64,000 bases of DNA from Alphaproteobacteria bacterium (GTDB lineage Bacteria; Pseudomonadota; Alphaproteobacteria; SHVV01): NCBI GenBank assembly GCA_965261735.1, contig OZ253470.1:224001-288000 (forward strand), written 5' to 3'. The stretch's first letter is position 1; each line of letters begins with the position of its first letter. The translations under genes and the position numbers were made by a program. Positions 30,156 through 40,177 of this stretch are shown piece by piece. The notes under the pieces are model-generated. The model was not told the origin of the DNA, searched no databases, and saw only the letters and a list, made by a program, of their open reading frames with translations.

Positions 30156-30440
30156 ATGTTCACCGTAGTCACCCCCACGACGAGTCTTAGCCTTGATGAT
30201 CATTTCATAAAGCGCCCGGCGGCGACATTCTTTGTCACGGTCGAGGGCGGCGGCATGGCCGAACACGGGATCCTTGCCGGCGACATCTTGATCGTCGACC
30301 GTTCGCGCACGCCAGGCACGGGTTCCATCGTCATCGCGGCAATCGAAGGCGAGTTGACCGCGCGTCCGTTCGCCGCCCTCGATGGCGAGGAGGCCCACGT
30401 CTGGGGCGTCGTCGCCGGTGTGGTGCGGAGCCTGCCATGA
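30156..30440 (+). CDS. umuD: Short UmuD'-like S24-fold protein
   Basis: LSLDDHFIKRPAATFFVTVEG..M..GI..GDILIVDRS..VWGVV; ATGA overlap with umuC. Confidence 0.75.
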   Translation: MFTVVTPTTSLSLDDHFIKRPAATFFVTVEGGGMAEHGILAGDILIVDRSRTPGTGSIVIAAIEGELTARPFAALDGEEAHVWGVVAGVVRSLP

Positions 30441-31696
30441 GCGTCTACGGACTGGCCGACTGCAATAACTTCTTCGTCTCCTGCGAGAGGGTCTTCCGGC
30501 CCGCGCTCGAAGGCCGTCCCGCCGTCGTCCTGTCGTCGAACGACGGCTGCATCGTCGCGCGCAGCGACGAGGCCAAGGCGCTCGGCGTCAAGATGGCGCA
30601 GCCGGCGTTCCAGGCGAAAGACCTCATCGAGAGGCACAGCATTGCCGTCATCAGCGGCAACCTCCAGTTCTATACCGACATGAGCAACCGGGTGATGCAG
30701 GTCTTCGGGGAACTGGTCCCGGCGGTGGAGAAATACTCGATCGACGAATGCTTTCTCGATCTCACGGGAATACCGGAAGACCTCACAGCATTCTGCCAGG
30801 GACTGAAACATACCGTGCGGCAATGGACCGGGCTGCCGATCAGCATTGGCATCGCCAAGACCAAGACCCTTGCCAAGATCGCCAATCGTCTCGCGAAGAC
30901 CTCCGCCAAAACGGACGGTGTTCTCGATCTCACCGGTGAACGCTGGCGCGACAGGGCGCTGGCGTCAACGGAAGTCGGCGATATCTGGGGCATCGGCAGG
31001 CAGTACGCCAAGAAACTCAACCGCAACGGCGTCATGACGGCTCTCGATCTCGCGCGGCGGCCCTATGGCTGGATCCGCAAGGAGATGGGCGTCGGTGGGC
31101 TGAAGACGGTGCGGGAATTGCGCGGCGAGGACTGTATAGGCTTCGATGACATGCCCCAGCCCAAGCAAACGACGATGGTCTCGCGATCCTTCGGCACGGA
31201 AGTGCGTGACTACGACGAGTTGGCCAATGCGATCGCCATGTTCGCGACCGATGCGGCACGATCGATCCGCAAGGCCAATCTCGTCTCAACCTCGGTGAGC
31301 GTGTTCATCGAGACCAACCGTTTCGGCAAGAGCCCGCACCACGCTCCCTCCTGCTCGGAAGCACTGTCGCCCGCGACCAATAACACGAAACATGTCGTGC
31401 GGGCCGCGCTGGCCGCTCTGAAGCACATCTACCGCGAGGGGCTGGCGTACAAGCGCGCCGGGGTGATGCTGCTCGACCTCGTCGAAGCCGGCCGGGCACC
31501 AATCTCGCTATTCGATACGCAGGATCCAAGGGACGACAAGCTGATCGAAGCGTTCGACGCCATCAACGACCGGCTGGGGCCGGGAGCGATCCAATTCGGC
31601 CCAGCGGCGCAGGCCGCGGCCTGGCGATCGAGCAGCGCGTTCCGCTCGCCCAACTACACAACCCGTTGGGAAGACATTCCGAAGGTTAAAACCTGA
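30437..31696 (+). CDS. umuC: Y-family DNA polymerase UmuC
   Basis: LADCNNFFVSCER, VLSSNDGC, YSIDE, SRSFG and SPNYTTRW motifs. Confidence 0.93.
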   Translation: MSVYGLADCNNFFVSCERVFRPALEGRPAVVLSSNDGCIVARSDEAKALGVKMAQPAFQAKDLIERHSIAVISGNLQFYTDMSNRVMQVFGELVPAVEKYSIDECFLDLTGIPEDLTAFCQGLKHTVRQWTGLPISIGIAKTKTLAKIANRLAKTSAKTDGVLDLTGERWRDRALASTEVGDIWGIGRQYAKKLNRNGVMTALDLARRPYGWIRKEMGVGGLKTVRELRGEDCIGFDDMPQPKQTTMVSRSFGTEVRDYDELANAIAMFATDAARSIRKANLVSTSVSVFIETNRFGKSPHHAPSCSEALSPATNNTKHVVRAALAALKHIYREGLAYKRAGVMLLDLVEAGRAPISLFDTQDPRDDKLIEAFDAINDRLGPGAIQFGPAAQAAAWRSSSAFRSPNYTTRWEDIPKVKT

Positions 31697-31869
31697 GCCT
31701 CGGCAGACCCGGGCGTCGATCCGGGCAGCGGTCCACAAGCAGAAAGTTACACTACGGGCGCGCCGCCACCGCGAGAACCTGGCGCGCCGGCGAGAGAATG
31801 AGGCCGGGGCCTTTGGGGCGGCGGGGACGAGAGCGAGAGAACGGCTCTCGCCGCCCCGCCGGGAGGTCT

Positions 31870-32355
31870 CGATTGACCCATTCGAAGACGGCGGCGATCA
31901 GGACGGCGATCGCGGTAATCGCGGCGCTGTTTCTCGCCGGTTACATGACCGGCGATCATGGCGTGAAACGGATGGCCGGCGTGGGGGCTCGCCGGCATCG
32001 CCGGGGGCATGCTCGGATCCACGGTTGGAAGCGGCAAGCTCGGGATCGGGGCCACCGTGGCAGGAACCATGGCGGGGTCGTTTCCCGGTGGTGAGATCGG
32101 CGTCTCGCTCGACAAGCTGTATGCGGCCCGCACACGGCAAGCGTTGCTGGAAACCCGTCCAAGCGGGGTGCCCTCGTGCTGGCGCAATCCCGAAACCGGT
32201 AACGCAGGGGCGATTACACCGACCCGCACCTACAGATCGGCCGCCGGAATCTACTGCAGGGAATACCAACTCACCGCGACCGCCGGCGGGCGCACCGGGC
32301 AAGCCCACGGCAGCGCCTGCCGCCAGCCCGACGGCTCGTGGCGGGTATCGAACCA
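31870..32355 (+). pseudogene. RT0821/Lpp0805 (17-kDa surface antigen-like) lipoprotein, degraded
   Basis: Glycine zipper and WRNPETGNAG..CREY..HGSACRQPDGSW; 5' part frameshifted, and no stop before parB. Confidence 0.7.
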
Positions 32356-32557
32356 GCACCGCGCCTGCCCATGGCGGCCTGCCCGGCGCTGGAACGGCGG
32401 CGATCGATCCAGCTGTCCTTGCACGGTCCAACCGTTCCGGCCCATCCGGTTCCGTTACGCCGGCGAGAGCGAGAGCTTGAGCCGAAGGCGGGCGAGGGCG
32501 GATGCCGAAGAGGGTGTCCCCGCCCGGTTCCGCATTCACGCAATCCCGGAGACCGAC

Positions 32558-35074
32558 ATGCACGACCCCGAACGCGACATCCCGCTGTCCCAACTCGAAC
32601 TCTCGCCCGGCAATGTGCGCAAGACGCCAGCCGATGCTTCAGCCTTCACCGAGCTCAAGGCCTCGATCGCTGCCCACGGGCTGCTCGAGAACCTGATTGC
32701 CCGTTCCATGGGACCCGGCCCCGATGGTATCGGGCGCTACGCGGTGATCGCCGGCGGACGGCGGTTGGCTGCGATGCAGGCGCTGGCCGCCGAGGGCGCG
32801 CTGGACGAAGACCACCCCGTACCATGCCGCATGATCGGCGGTATCGTGGCGGCCGAAGAAGTTTCGCTGGCCGAGAACACTGTCCGCGCCGCCATGCACC
32901 CGGCCGATCAGGTCGAGGCGTTCCGCCGCCTCGCCGATGCGGGCAGCACGGCCGCGGCCATCGCGACCCGCTTCGGGGTCTCGGAACGCACCGTGGAGAA
33001 ACGGCTGCGGCTCGGCAACGCCGCACCGGTGCTGCTCGAAGCCTACCGCGCGGGCGAGATCGATCTGGAAACATTGATGGCCTTCGCCGTCACCACGGAT
33101 CAGGCGCGCCAGAGCGCGGTCTGGGAGACGGTGGGCCAGCAGGGCTACCGGCCCGGTGCCTGGCAGATCAAGCGCCTGCTGACCGAGGACCGGGTAGCCG
33201 CTACATCCACCATCGCGCGTTTCGTCGGCATCAAGGCTTACGAGGCGGCGGGCGGCAGGATCGACCGCGACCTGTTCGCCGAGGAGGACGAGCGGGGGAT
33301 CTGGTTCGACGATCCCGATCTCTTGAACAATCTCGCCATGGACAGTCTACAAGTGGCGGCGAGGGAACTGGAGACGCGCTGGAAATGGGCCGAGGCGCGG
33401 CCCGACATGGACTGGAGCGCCACCGCCGCCTTCGGGCGGGTGCGTCCGCAACCGGCCGAGCCGAAGGACGAGGAGAAGGCCGAGATCGAACGCTTGAGGA
33501 CCCGCAACGACGAACTCGCCAGCATGGACGACGAGGACTGGACCGAAGAGCTGGTCGAAGAAGCCGAAGCCAACGAGACGCGCCTGGACGAGATCGAAGC
33601 CGTGATCGGGGCCCGCGCGGTCTACCGTCGCGAGGATATCGCCATCGCCGGGTGCATCGCCACCATCGGCAACGATGGCGAACTCAAACTGATCCAGGGC
33701 CTGGTCAGGCCCGAGGACATGCCCGCGCGCGAAGCAGGCGATGCGAACATGGCCGGACAAGACGATACCGGCGACGGGGAGAGCGCCAGTTCCAACATCG
33801 AGGCTCCCACACTTGCGGCTCCCCTCGCTTCGCCCGGTGATGCGGAAGCCGAGGCGCGCAAGGAAGCGGGCGTCGGCATCGGACTCGCCGACGATCTGCG
33901 GGCCATCCGCACGGCCATCGTCAAGAGCCAGCTCGCCTGCGACTTCGAGGCGGCCTTCGATCTCCTGCTGTTCCAGCTTGCCCGTGGCGTGTTTACCAAC
34001 GGCTACCATGACGACGCGCTCGACATAAGAGCAGTTGAGACCCCGGACCGTCCGGCCATGCGGGTCAACGACGATGCTTTCGGCGACATCAATATCGGCG
34101 AGAAGCACCTCGAGATCGACAGTGCCGCACAAAAACTCGACTGGACCGGCCTGTCCGATACCGAGGCCTTCGCCGAGCTGCGAGCGCTTCCCGAGCGGGA
34201 CAAACGGACCCTGTTCGCGTCCTGTGTCGCGCGCACGCTGAAAGGCCAACTGGCGTTCGAACCCAAAGCCCGGCCGGAGGTCGAAGCGACCGTGGCCCGG
34301 CTCGGCATCGATTTCGCAGCCGCCGTCCGGGGCAACAGCGATCAGCTCTGGACCGCCGATCTGCTGTGGTCGCGGCTGCGCAAGGACCGAATCCTCGCCA
34401 TCGCCCGCGAAACGCTGGGCGAGACCTGGGCGCAAGCCGAGGCCAAGCGGAAGAAGGCCGACATTGCCAAGGCGATGCAGGATGCTTTCGCCCACGGCGA
34501 CGGCGTGCCCGCCGGGGTCACGGCCGAGGGCCGCGCCGCGGCCATTGCCTGGACGCCCCCCGGCTTCCGCGCCTTCGATACGGGCGCCGTCGACGACAGC
34601 GCCTCGGCTGATGATGAGGGGACAACCGCCCCCGAACCGCAACCGTCGAAGATCGATACGCCATCGGTCGATGCGCTGGAACACAGCAGCGTCGACCCAT
34701 CGGCCGCGGATGGCGAAGCCCCGCAAGACGACGCTATGGAAGCCGATGCACTGCCGGGCGCCGCCGCCGCACCCACTCCGGTGGAGGCACAGCAGCCCAT
34801 GAACGCACGCGTTCATTCCGTCGTCGAGAGCATCGATGCTCCCGCCGTGGCCGAATGCCGCGCCGCCGCACTCGCCTCGGGCATGAACGCGGATGCAACG
34901 CCCCCGGTCGCGGCGTCCTCAACGGAAGCGGCCGACCCGCCCGCCGGCGACGCCGGCGCGGGTGACCATGACGTGTCCGTAGAGCGGGAACAGGTCCTGG
35001 CCCCGCCGCGTGGCAACGGCCGCGACGACAATGCGGGGTTGCTGGAGATACCGGCTTTCCTGCGCCGCGGCTGA
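32558..35074 (+). CDS. Long plasmid/ICE-type ParB/RepB/Spo0J family protein
   Basis: IPLSQL..NVRKT..LKASIAAHGLLENL..VIAGGRRL..SLAEN..MHPADQ; C-terminal EIPAFLRR; GGAG RBS. Confidence 0.9.
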   Translation: MHDPERDIPLSQLELSPGNVRKTPADASAFTELKASIAAHGLLENLIARSMGPGPDGIGRYAVIAGGRRLAAMQALAAEGALDEDHPVPCRMIGGIVAAEEVSLAENTVRAAMHPADQVEAFRRLADAGSTAAAIATRFGVSERTVEKRLRLGNAAPVLLEAYRAGEIDLETLMAFAVTTDQARQSAVWETVGQQGYRPGAWQIKRLLTEDRVAATSTIARFVGIKAYEAAGGRIDRDLFAEEDERGIWFDDPDLLNNLAMDSLQVAARELETRWKWAEARPDMDWSATAAFGRVRPQPAEPKDEEKAEIERLRTRNDELASMDDEDWTEELVEEAEANETRLDEIEAVIGARAVYRREDIAIAGCIATIGNDGELKLIQGLVRPEDMPAREAGDANMAGQDDTGDGESASSNIEAPTLAAPLASPGDAEAEARKEAGVGIGLADDLRAIRTAIVKSQLACDFEAAFDLLLFQLARGVFTNGYHDDALDIRAVETPDRPAMRVNDDAFGDINIGEKHLEIDSAAQKLDWTGLSDTEAFAELRALPERDKRTLFASCVARTLKGQLAFEPKARPEVEATVARLGIDFAAAVRGNSDQLWTADLLWSRLRKDRILAIARETLGETWAQAEAKRKKADIAKAMQDAFAHGDGVPAGVTAEGRAAAIAWTPPGFRAFDTGAVDDSASADDEGTTAPEPQPSKIDTPSVDALEHSSVDPSAADGEAPQDDAMEADALPGAAAAPTPVEAQQPMNARVHSVVESIDAPAVAECRAAALASGMNADATPPVAASSTEAADPPAGDAGAGDHDVSVEREQVLAPPRGNGRDDNAGLLEIPAFLRRG

Positions 35075-35098
35075 GCCACCGCGTTCTTCCCTCACAAC

Positions 35099-35135
35099 AA
35101 CGCCCCGCCGGCTCCATACCGGCGGGGCGTTTTTC
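35099..35135 (+). terminator. Rho-independent terminator-like hairpin
   Basis: AACGCCCCGCCGG-loop-CCGGCGGGGCGTT followed by TTTCATT. Confidence 0.75.
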
Positions 35136-35165
35136 ATTCCCGCACCGACAATCAGGAGATTCCAT

Positions 35166-36956
35166 ATGTCTACCGCACAGAATGCCGTTACGGCCGAGCC
35201 CGGCAATGGTTCGGCCGCGATCCGCGCCCGGGTCGGAGACAGCGCCATCGACAAGGTGACCCGGCTGTTTTCGGCTGGCCTTGCCGATATTTTCACCGAG
35301 ACACTGCAAAACTCACGCCGTGCCGGGGCCAACCGCGTTGCCGCGACCATCGAGCAGGATGGCGATGGCACCCGCGTCACCCTCGCCGACGACGGCGCAG
35401 GGATCGCCGATCCCGCAATCCTGCTGACCTTCGGCGAGAGCAACTGGAAAGCCGGTATCGCCGAGGCCGAAGATCCCGCCGGGTTCGGGCTTCTCGCCCT
35501 CTCGCGCCGGGGCTGCACCCTGCGCTGGCGCCTCCCCGGCGGGGACCCAAGCCCCGGCTACCGCCTGGTGCTCGAGCCCGCTCACTTCCTCGGCCGCGAT
35601 GCGGCTCATGTCGTCCCGGACAACAGCGCCCCCTGGCCGCATGGGACCGCGGTCACCTTCGAGGCGTCGGAAGCGCCCCACGCGGTCCGCGCATTCCTCG
35701 AGACCGCCGCGCGGTATTATCCCCTGCCGGTCACCATTGGCGGCGAGACCGTCGAACGCCGCGCCTTCCTCGACGGCGCGCTCCATGCCGAGCCATGGAA
35801 GGGCCTCGTGTTCGGCGTCTTCAAGGACAGCCATGCGGGCTACCGCGTGCCCGACGTCAACTTCCATGGCCTCACCCTGCCGGTGCGCCTGCCCCAGATC
35901 GACACGATAGAAGGCGGCGTCTGGTCGGCACGGGCCGACATCGAGTCCTGCCCCGATCTCGAGCTGGTCCTGCCCGCGAGAAAGGAAGCGGTGGAGACCC
36001 CGTTTATGGAAGAGATGCGCGACGCCGCGCGGCTTACCGTCTACCGCACCATGGCGCAGGCCGATCCGGCCCCGCGGGTTGCCTGGACCGACTGGCACAA
36101 GACGAAAGAGGCCGGAATCGAGATGCCCGAGCCGCCCGCCGAGCTACGCCCCTGGTGTCCCGCCATCGCCGACACCGACTATTGGGACGAGCGGTCCGCT
36201 TTTACGGCGGTGGGTTCCGACACTCCGGTAATGCAGGCCGACCCCGAGCCGCCCGAGGCCCAGGCGCTCCATCGCGCCCTCGGCCTTACCGGACTCCAGG
36301 GCGGATCGGAATGCACGCTCAAGCTGTTCGCCCCCGAGCCGCGTTTCGAAGGTTATCCCTGGTACGACGCGCTCGCGCGTGTCACCGGCATCGAGACCCT
36401 CGTTACCGTGGATGGCGCCGTTCGTTCACTGGATTACTTCACCAACCGGGAGAACGGCGGCGAGCCGGAACGGCCCGAGATCATCGTGATGCACCTGAAC
36501 GTTCTGTATCCGCCCAAGTCCCGGCGCCATTGCTTCCGCAAATGCGACACCATCGCCGTCCCCGCCGATCTCGCCTTCGCGGGCGAGGCCTGGTCGTCGG
36601 TTCATGACGCGCTGCCCCTGGTGACGGCGGACAGCGATATCGCGCCCGAGGAACTCGCCCGACTGTTGCGCGCCGCATACTTCAGCCCCAGCGACGACGC
36701 GGATGCGGACTCTTGGGAAACACAACTCACCCGCTTCGAGGAAGACGCCCTGCATATGTCGCTCAGGCTCATGTGCTCGGTCGAGGAAGCCCGCCAGCGC
36801 ACCATCGCCGATGCGGTATGGCGGGAAATCTTCTGGCTCATGCCGCACGGCCGCACGGTCACCATCGTGGTGTGCGGCGGCAAGGTCAGCGTCGATATCG
36901 GACCCGTGTGCACCGAAGCCGCAACCGCTTCCGAAACCGGGGAGGCGGCGCAATGA
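35166..36956 (+). CDS. GHKL (HATPase_c/MutL-like) ATP-binding protein
   Basis: ETLQNSRRAGA, DDGAGI and EDPAGFG motifs; AGGAG RBS. Confidence 0.8.
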   Translation: MSTAQNAVTAEPGNGSAAIRARVGDSAIDKVTRLFSAGLADIFTETLQNSRRAGANRVAATIEQDGDGTRVTLADDGAGIADPAILLTFGESNWKAGIAEAEDPAGFGLLALSRRGCTLRWRLPGGDPSPGYRLVLEPAHFLGRDAAHVVPDNSAPWPHGTAVTFEASEAPHAVRAFLETAARYYPLPVTIGGETVERRAFLDGALHAEPWKGLVFGVFKDSHAGYRVPDVNFHGLTLPVRLPQIDTIEGGVWSARADIESCPDLELVLPARKEAVETPFMEEMRDAARLTVYRTMAQADPAPRVAWTDWHKTKEAGIEMPEPPAELRPWCPAIADTDYWDERSAFTAVGSDTPVMQADPEPPEAQALHRALGLTGLQGGSECTLKLFAPEPRFEGYPWYDALARVTGIETLVTVDGAVRSLDYFTNRENGGEPERPEIIVMHLNVLYPPKSRRHCFRKCDTIAVPADLAFAGEAWSSVHDALPLVTADSDIAPEELARLLRAAYFSPSDDADADSWETQLTRFEEDALHMSLRLMCSVEEARQRTIADAVWREIFWLMPHGRTVTIVVCGGKVSVDIGPVCTEAATASETGEAAQ

Positions 36957-37729
36957 CCCACTACACGGTGTGTTGCTGCTACGCATCCCACTACCACAAC
37001 ACTGTAACGGTCGAAGCCGATAGCCTCGACGAGGCGCTGGAAAAGGCCATCGAGCAATCCGGCGACGACCCCCACTGGAAGTCCGTGGACCAGGCCAGTC
37101 AAACATTCGTCGAGGCCCTGGCCGAAGGTGAGGCCGCAGACCCCTGCGGCGATACCGCGATCGCCATTCCGGATCGTTTCACCCAGAACGGCGAGCCGCC
37201 AGTAGTCACACTGACCGGCCTCCGCCCGCCCGGAGGCATCGAGGTCGCGGGCGGCACCGTCCGTATTCGTTTCGTCGAACACGCCGGCACGGTCACGACG
37301 GAAGTCACCGATCCGCCGGCACCGCCGGACAACAAGCCTCTGGTCACCGTTCGCCGCAGAACCGATGGCGCTCCGGATGTGGCCGTCAGCGGCGGCCGTG
37401 CACGCGTGCTCATTCTGGATCCCGGCGACCCCGGACCGCCGCCGGCCGGCTGGTCGCCGGCGGCATTCGTCCATCGCAAACCGCCTGCCTTGCGCCACCC
37501 CGGGCCGGGACCGGTTTCCGGCCCGGCGCGGACGCCCGGGCCGCGGGCGCATCCCGATGACCGACATTCGAGAGGACCATTCCATGAAACTGCTCACCGA
37601 AGCACAGCGCACCAAGCTGCTTGCAAATGGGACCCGAAGGGGGGCCGACCACAAGCCCGTGGTCAAGTGGTTCAATGCTGGCGGGACCGGCACCTGGCTG
37701 CTGTCGGAACTCGATCCCGAATACCCTGA
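36953..37729 (+). CDS. Hypothetical protein (true 3' end may be nearer 37440)
   Basis: ATGA-coupled start, GGAGG RBS; TVTVEADSLDEALEKA. The tail overlaps DUF2958 and looks like read-through. Confidence 0.55.
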   Translation: MTHYTVCCCYASHYHNTVTVEADSLDEALEKAIEQSGDDPHWKSVDQASQTFVEALAEGEAADPCGDTAIAIPDRFTQNGEPPVVTLTGLRPPGGIEVAGGTVRIRFVEHAGTVTTEVTDPPAPPDNKPLVTVRRRTDGAPDVAVSGGRARVLILDPGDPGPPPAGWSPAAFVHRKPPALRHPGPGPVSGPARTPGPRAHPDDRHSRGPFHETAHRSTAHQAACKWDPKGGRPQARGQVVQCWRDRHLAAVGTRSRIP

Positions 37730-38021
37730 CGAATGTGGATTCGGCCTGGCTGATTTGGGCTTCGGCACACCCGAATTAGGGTCAATCGGTTTACTTGAAT
37801 TGACCGAATACCGGGGACCCTTCGGGCTCGGCATAGAGCGCGATATTCACTTTACCGCAGCCTTTTCCCTATCCATTTACGCAGAAGCCGCGCGCGCCGC
37901 GGGGCATATCGTCGAATCGGGACCCGAACTCGAAGCCGCTGCCCGCATTCTCGCCGGCGAGCCTGCAGACCCAGCAGCTTCGGCAAAGCCGGCGAACCGG
38001 CCTGAGGGACGGAAACCGTAA
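37584..38021 (+). CDS. DUF2958 domain protein
   Basis: LLANG..DHKPVVKWF..TWLLSELDP..FGLADLGFGTPELG..IERDIHF. Confidence 0.88.
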   Translation: MKLLTEAQRTKLLANGTRRGADHKPVVKWFNAGGTGTWLLSELDPEYPDECGFGLADLGFGTPELGSIGLLELTEYRGPFGLGIERDIHFTAAFSLSIYAEAARAAGHIVESGPELEAAARILAGEPADPAASAKPANRPEGRKP

Positions 38022-38231
38022 GCGGCAAAACAGCGTTTCACCGCCGCCAACCCTGAACGGCGTCACCGCCACCGCTTCCCGGCCGCGCTCCACGAACCCT
38101 GCCCGGACACGTGCCGGCCACAGGCCGGCGAGAGCCGGTGTCGAAGCCAGGGGCTGGGCAAAGGGGCGGGCCGTCCGTGGGGCCGTCCGCGCCGCAACTC
38201 ATCCATCCCACCTGCCAGCCTGGAGCATGCC

Positions 38232-39257
38232 ATGACCGACCCCGATACCATCTCCGCCGACTACTCGCTGCGCCCGAGCGAACTCGCCAGCACACTGGCG
38301 CTGCTGGTCGAAGCCCGTCAACCGGTGGTGGTCTGGGGAGCTCCAGGGTGCGCCAAGAGTCAGATCGCCCAACAGGTCGCGGCGCAAGCCGGCCGTGAGT
38401 ATGTCGATGTCCGCGCCCTGCTGTTGGACCCGGTCGATCTGCGCGGCATCCCGTGGCGCGACGGCGCCGACCGCACCCGCTGGGCGCCGCCGGCCTTCCT
38501 GCCGCCGTCGGACGCGGACGGAAGCTGGTTGATCAACCTGGAGGAACTGCCCTCGGCCGTGCCGATGGTGCAGGCGGCCCTGTACCAGCTCGTGCTTGAC
38601 CGCAAATGCGGCGAGTACGAACTCCCCGAAGGCGCCGCGTTGATCGCCTGCGGCAACCGCGAGGGCGACCGCGGTGTTGTCCACCGCATGCCCACACCGC
38701 TGGCATCGCGCTTCGTCCATCTGGAGATCCGGGTCGATGCGGCGGACTGGTGCGCCTGGGGTGCAGCGAATGGAATCGCTCCGGAGGTCCTTTTCTTCGT
38801 GTCGATGCGACCCGAGCTGTTGCATGCCTTCAACCCCCAATCGACGGAGAAAGCTTTCCCGTGTCCGAGGACATGGGAGATGGTCTCGAACATCGTGCAC
38901 CGCCGCAACGGCCTCGATCCCGTCGCCGAGCGGGCCCTGTTCCGGGGCACCGTCGGCGAGGCCGCGGCGGTCGAGTTCTCGGCCTTCTTGCAAGTCTGGC
39001 ACGAGCTGCCCCATCCCCGCACCGTCATCGACGATCCCGAGGGCGCCGTGATCCCCGGCAACGCCAGCGCGCTGATCGCGCTGTGCGGTTCGCTCTACAG
39101 GATGGCCGACGACATCAATCTCGGCGCCATCGTCACCTATGCGACAAGGCTCCGGCGCGAGGTCGGCGAGTTCCTCGTCGGCTCCTGCATCCGCCGCGAG
39201 CCCGCGCTCCAGCACACCCAGGCTTTCATCCAGTGGGCCGCCACCAAAACCCGCTGA
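38232..39257 (+). CDS. MoxR-like AAA+ ATPase
   Basis: WGAPGCAKS, DPVDLRGIP, LINLEE, VQAALYQLVLDR, ACGNR, LASRF and PRTWE motifs. Confidence 0.88.
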   Translation: MTDPDTISADYSLRPSELASTLALLVEARQPVVVWGAPGCAKSQIAQQVAAQAGREYVDVRALLLDPVDLRGIPWRDGADRTRWAPPAFLPPSDADGSWLINLEELPSAVPMVQAALYQLVLDRKCGEYELPEGAALIACGNREGDRGVVHRMPTPLASRFVHLEIRVDAADWCAWGAANGIAPEVLFFVSMRPELLHAFNPQSTEKAFPCPRTWEMVSNIVHRRNGLDPVAERALFRGTVGEAAAVEFSAFLQVWHELPHPRTVIDDPEGAVIPGNASALIALCGSLYRMADDINLGAIVTYATRLRREVGEFLVGSCIRREPALQHTQAFIQWAATKTR

Positions 39258-39280
39258 CCCCGCATCAGGAGACCAACCCC

Positions 39281-40177
39281 ATGAATCTCACCCATGACGC
39301 CATGCTCGTCAGCCTGCGGATCAACTCCTGGTCCGGCAGGCTCTACGACCGCCAGGCCAGCCAACAGGTCGCCATCCATCACGACGCCGACACCAATGCC
39401 GGGCGCTACAACAAACGCCTCCTGCCCAAGCAGGCCTTCGCCGCGCTGGCCGCGACCATGAGCAATGCGAGGACCAGTCACTACGCCAACACCCTGCCCT
39501 GGGACGACCAGGGCGGGCGCCTTCTCACCGTCGCCAACTACGACCGCTACACCACGGCATTGGACACGCTGGTCGAGCGCGTGGTGCGCGAGCGCGCCCG
39601 CTTCATCGAGGACTACGACGATTACGTGGACCAGGCCCGCCTCGACCTCGGCCGGCTGTTCCGCCTGGAAGATTATCCCGCCACAGAGGCGCTTCAGGGC
39701 AAGTTCGCCATTCGCTACCGCATTGTCCCGGTCCCCGACGCGCGCCACTTCATGGCCGATCTGGCCCAGGGCGAGACCGAGCGCGTCAGGCGGGATATCG
39801 AGCAACAGGTCCGGACCCGTCTCAACGATGCCCAGCGCGATCTCTACCGGCGCCTGGGCGAGGCGGTCGAGCGTGTCGGCGAACGCTTGCGCGAGGACGA
39901 GAACGGCAAGCCGCTGGTGTTCCGCGACAGCCTGATCGAGAACATCAGGGAGCTGGTGGACGTGGTCCCCCGGCTCAACATCTTCGCCGACGACGACCTG
40001 GCCATGCTGTGCCGCGAGGTGAAAGACAAGTTCGCCGGTGTCGAGCCCGACGCCCTGCGCCCGTCTGGCCGCTTCGATCCCAACCTCCGCCGTCAGGTCA
40101 AGCGCGACGCCGATGCGCTCACGGCGCAATTCGCGGGCTACTTCGCGCCCGCCGCCGAGAACAGGGAGGCAGCCTGA
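39281..40177 (+). CDS. DUF3150-like protein of MoxR/VWA modules
   Basis: MLVSLRINSWSGR..KRLL..TLPWDDQGGRLL..FRDSL..LNI; AGGAG RBS. Confidence 0.7.
   Translation: MNLTHDAMLVSLRINSWSGRLYDRQASQQVAIHHDADTNAGRYNKRLLPKQAFAALAATMSNARTSHYANTLPWDDQGGRLLTVANYDRYTTALDTLVERVVRERARFIEDYDDYVDQARLDLGRLFRLEDYPATEALQGKFAIRYRIVPVPDARHFMADLAQGETERVRRDIEQQVRTRLNDAQRDLYRRLGEAVERVGERLREDENGKPLVFRDSLIENIRELVDVVPRLNIFADDDLAMLCREVKDKFAGVEPDALRPSGRFDPNLRRQVKRDADALTAQFAGYFAPAAENREAA

Noticed and set aside
32009-35074. 1021-aa lipoprotein-ParB fusion in the ORF track
   Set aside because: ParB has its own RBS and ATG at 32558. The upstream part is a degraded lipoprotein gene that lost its stop.
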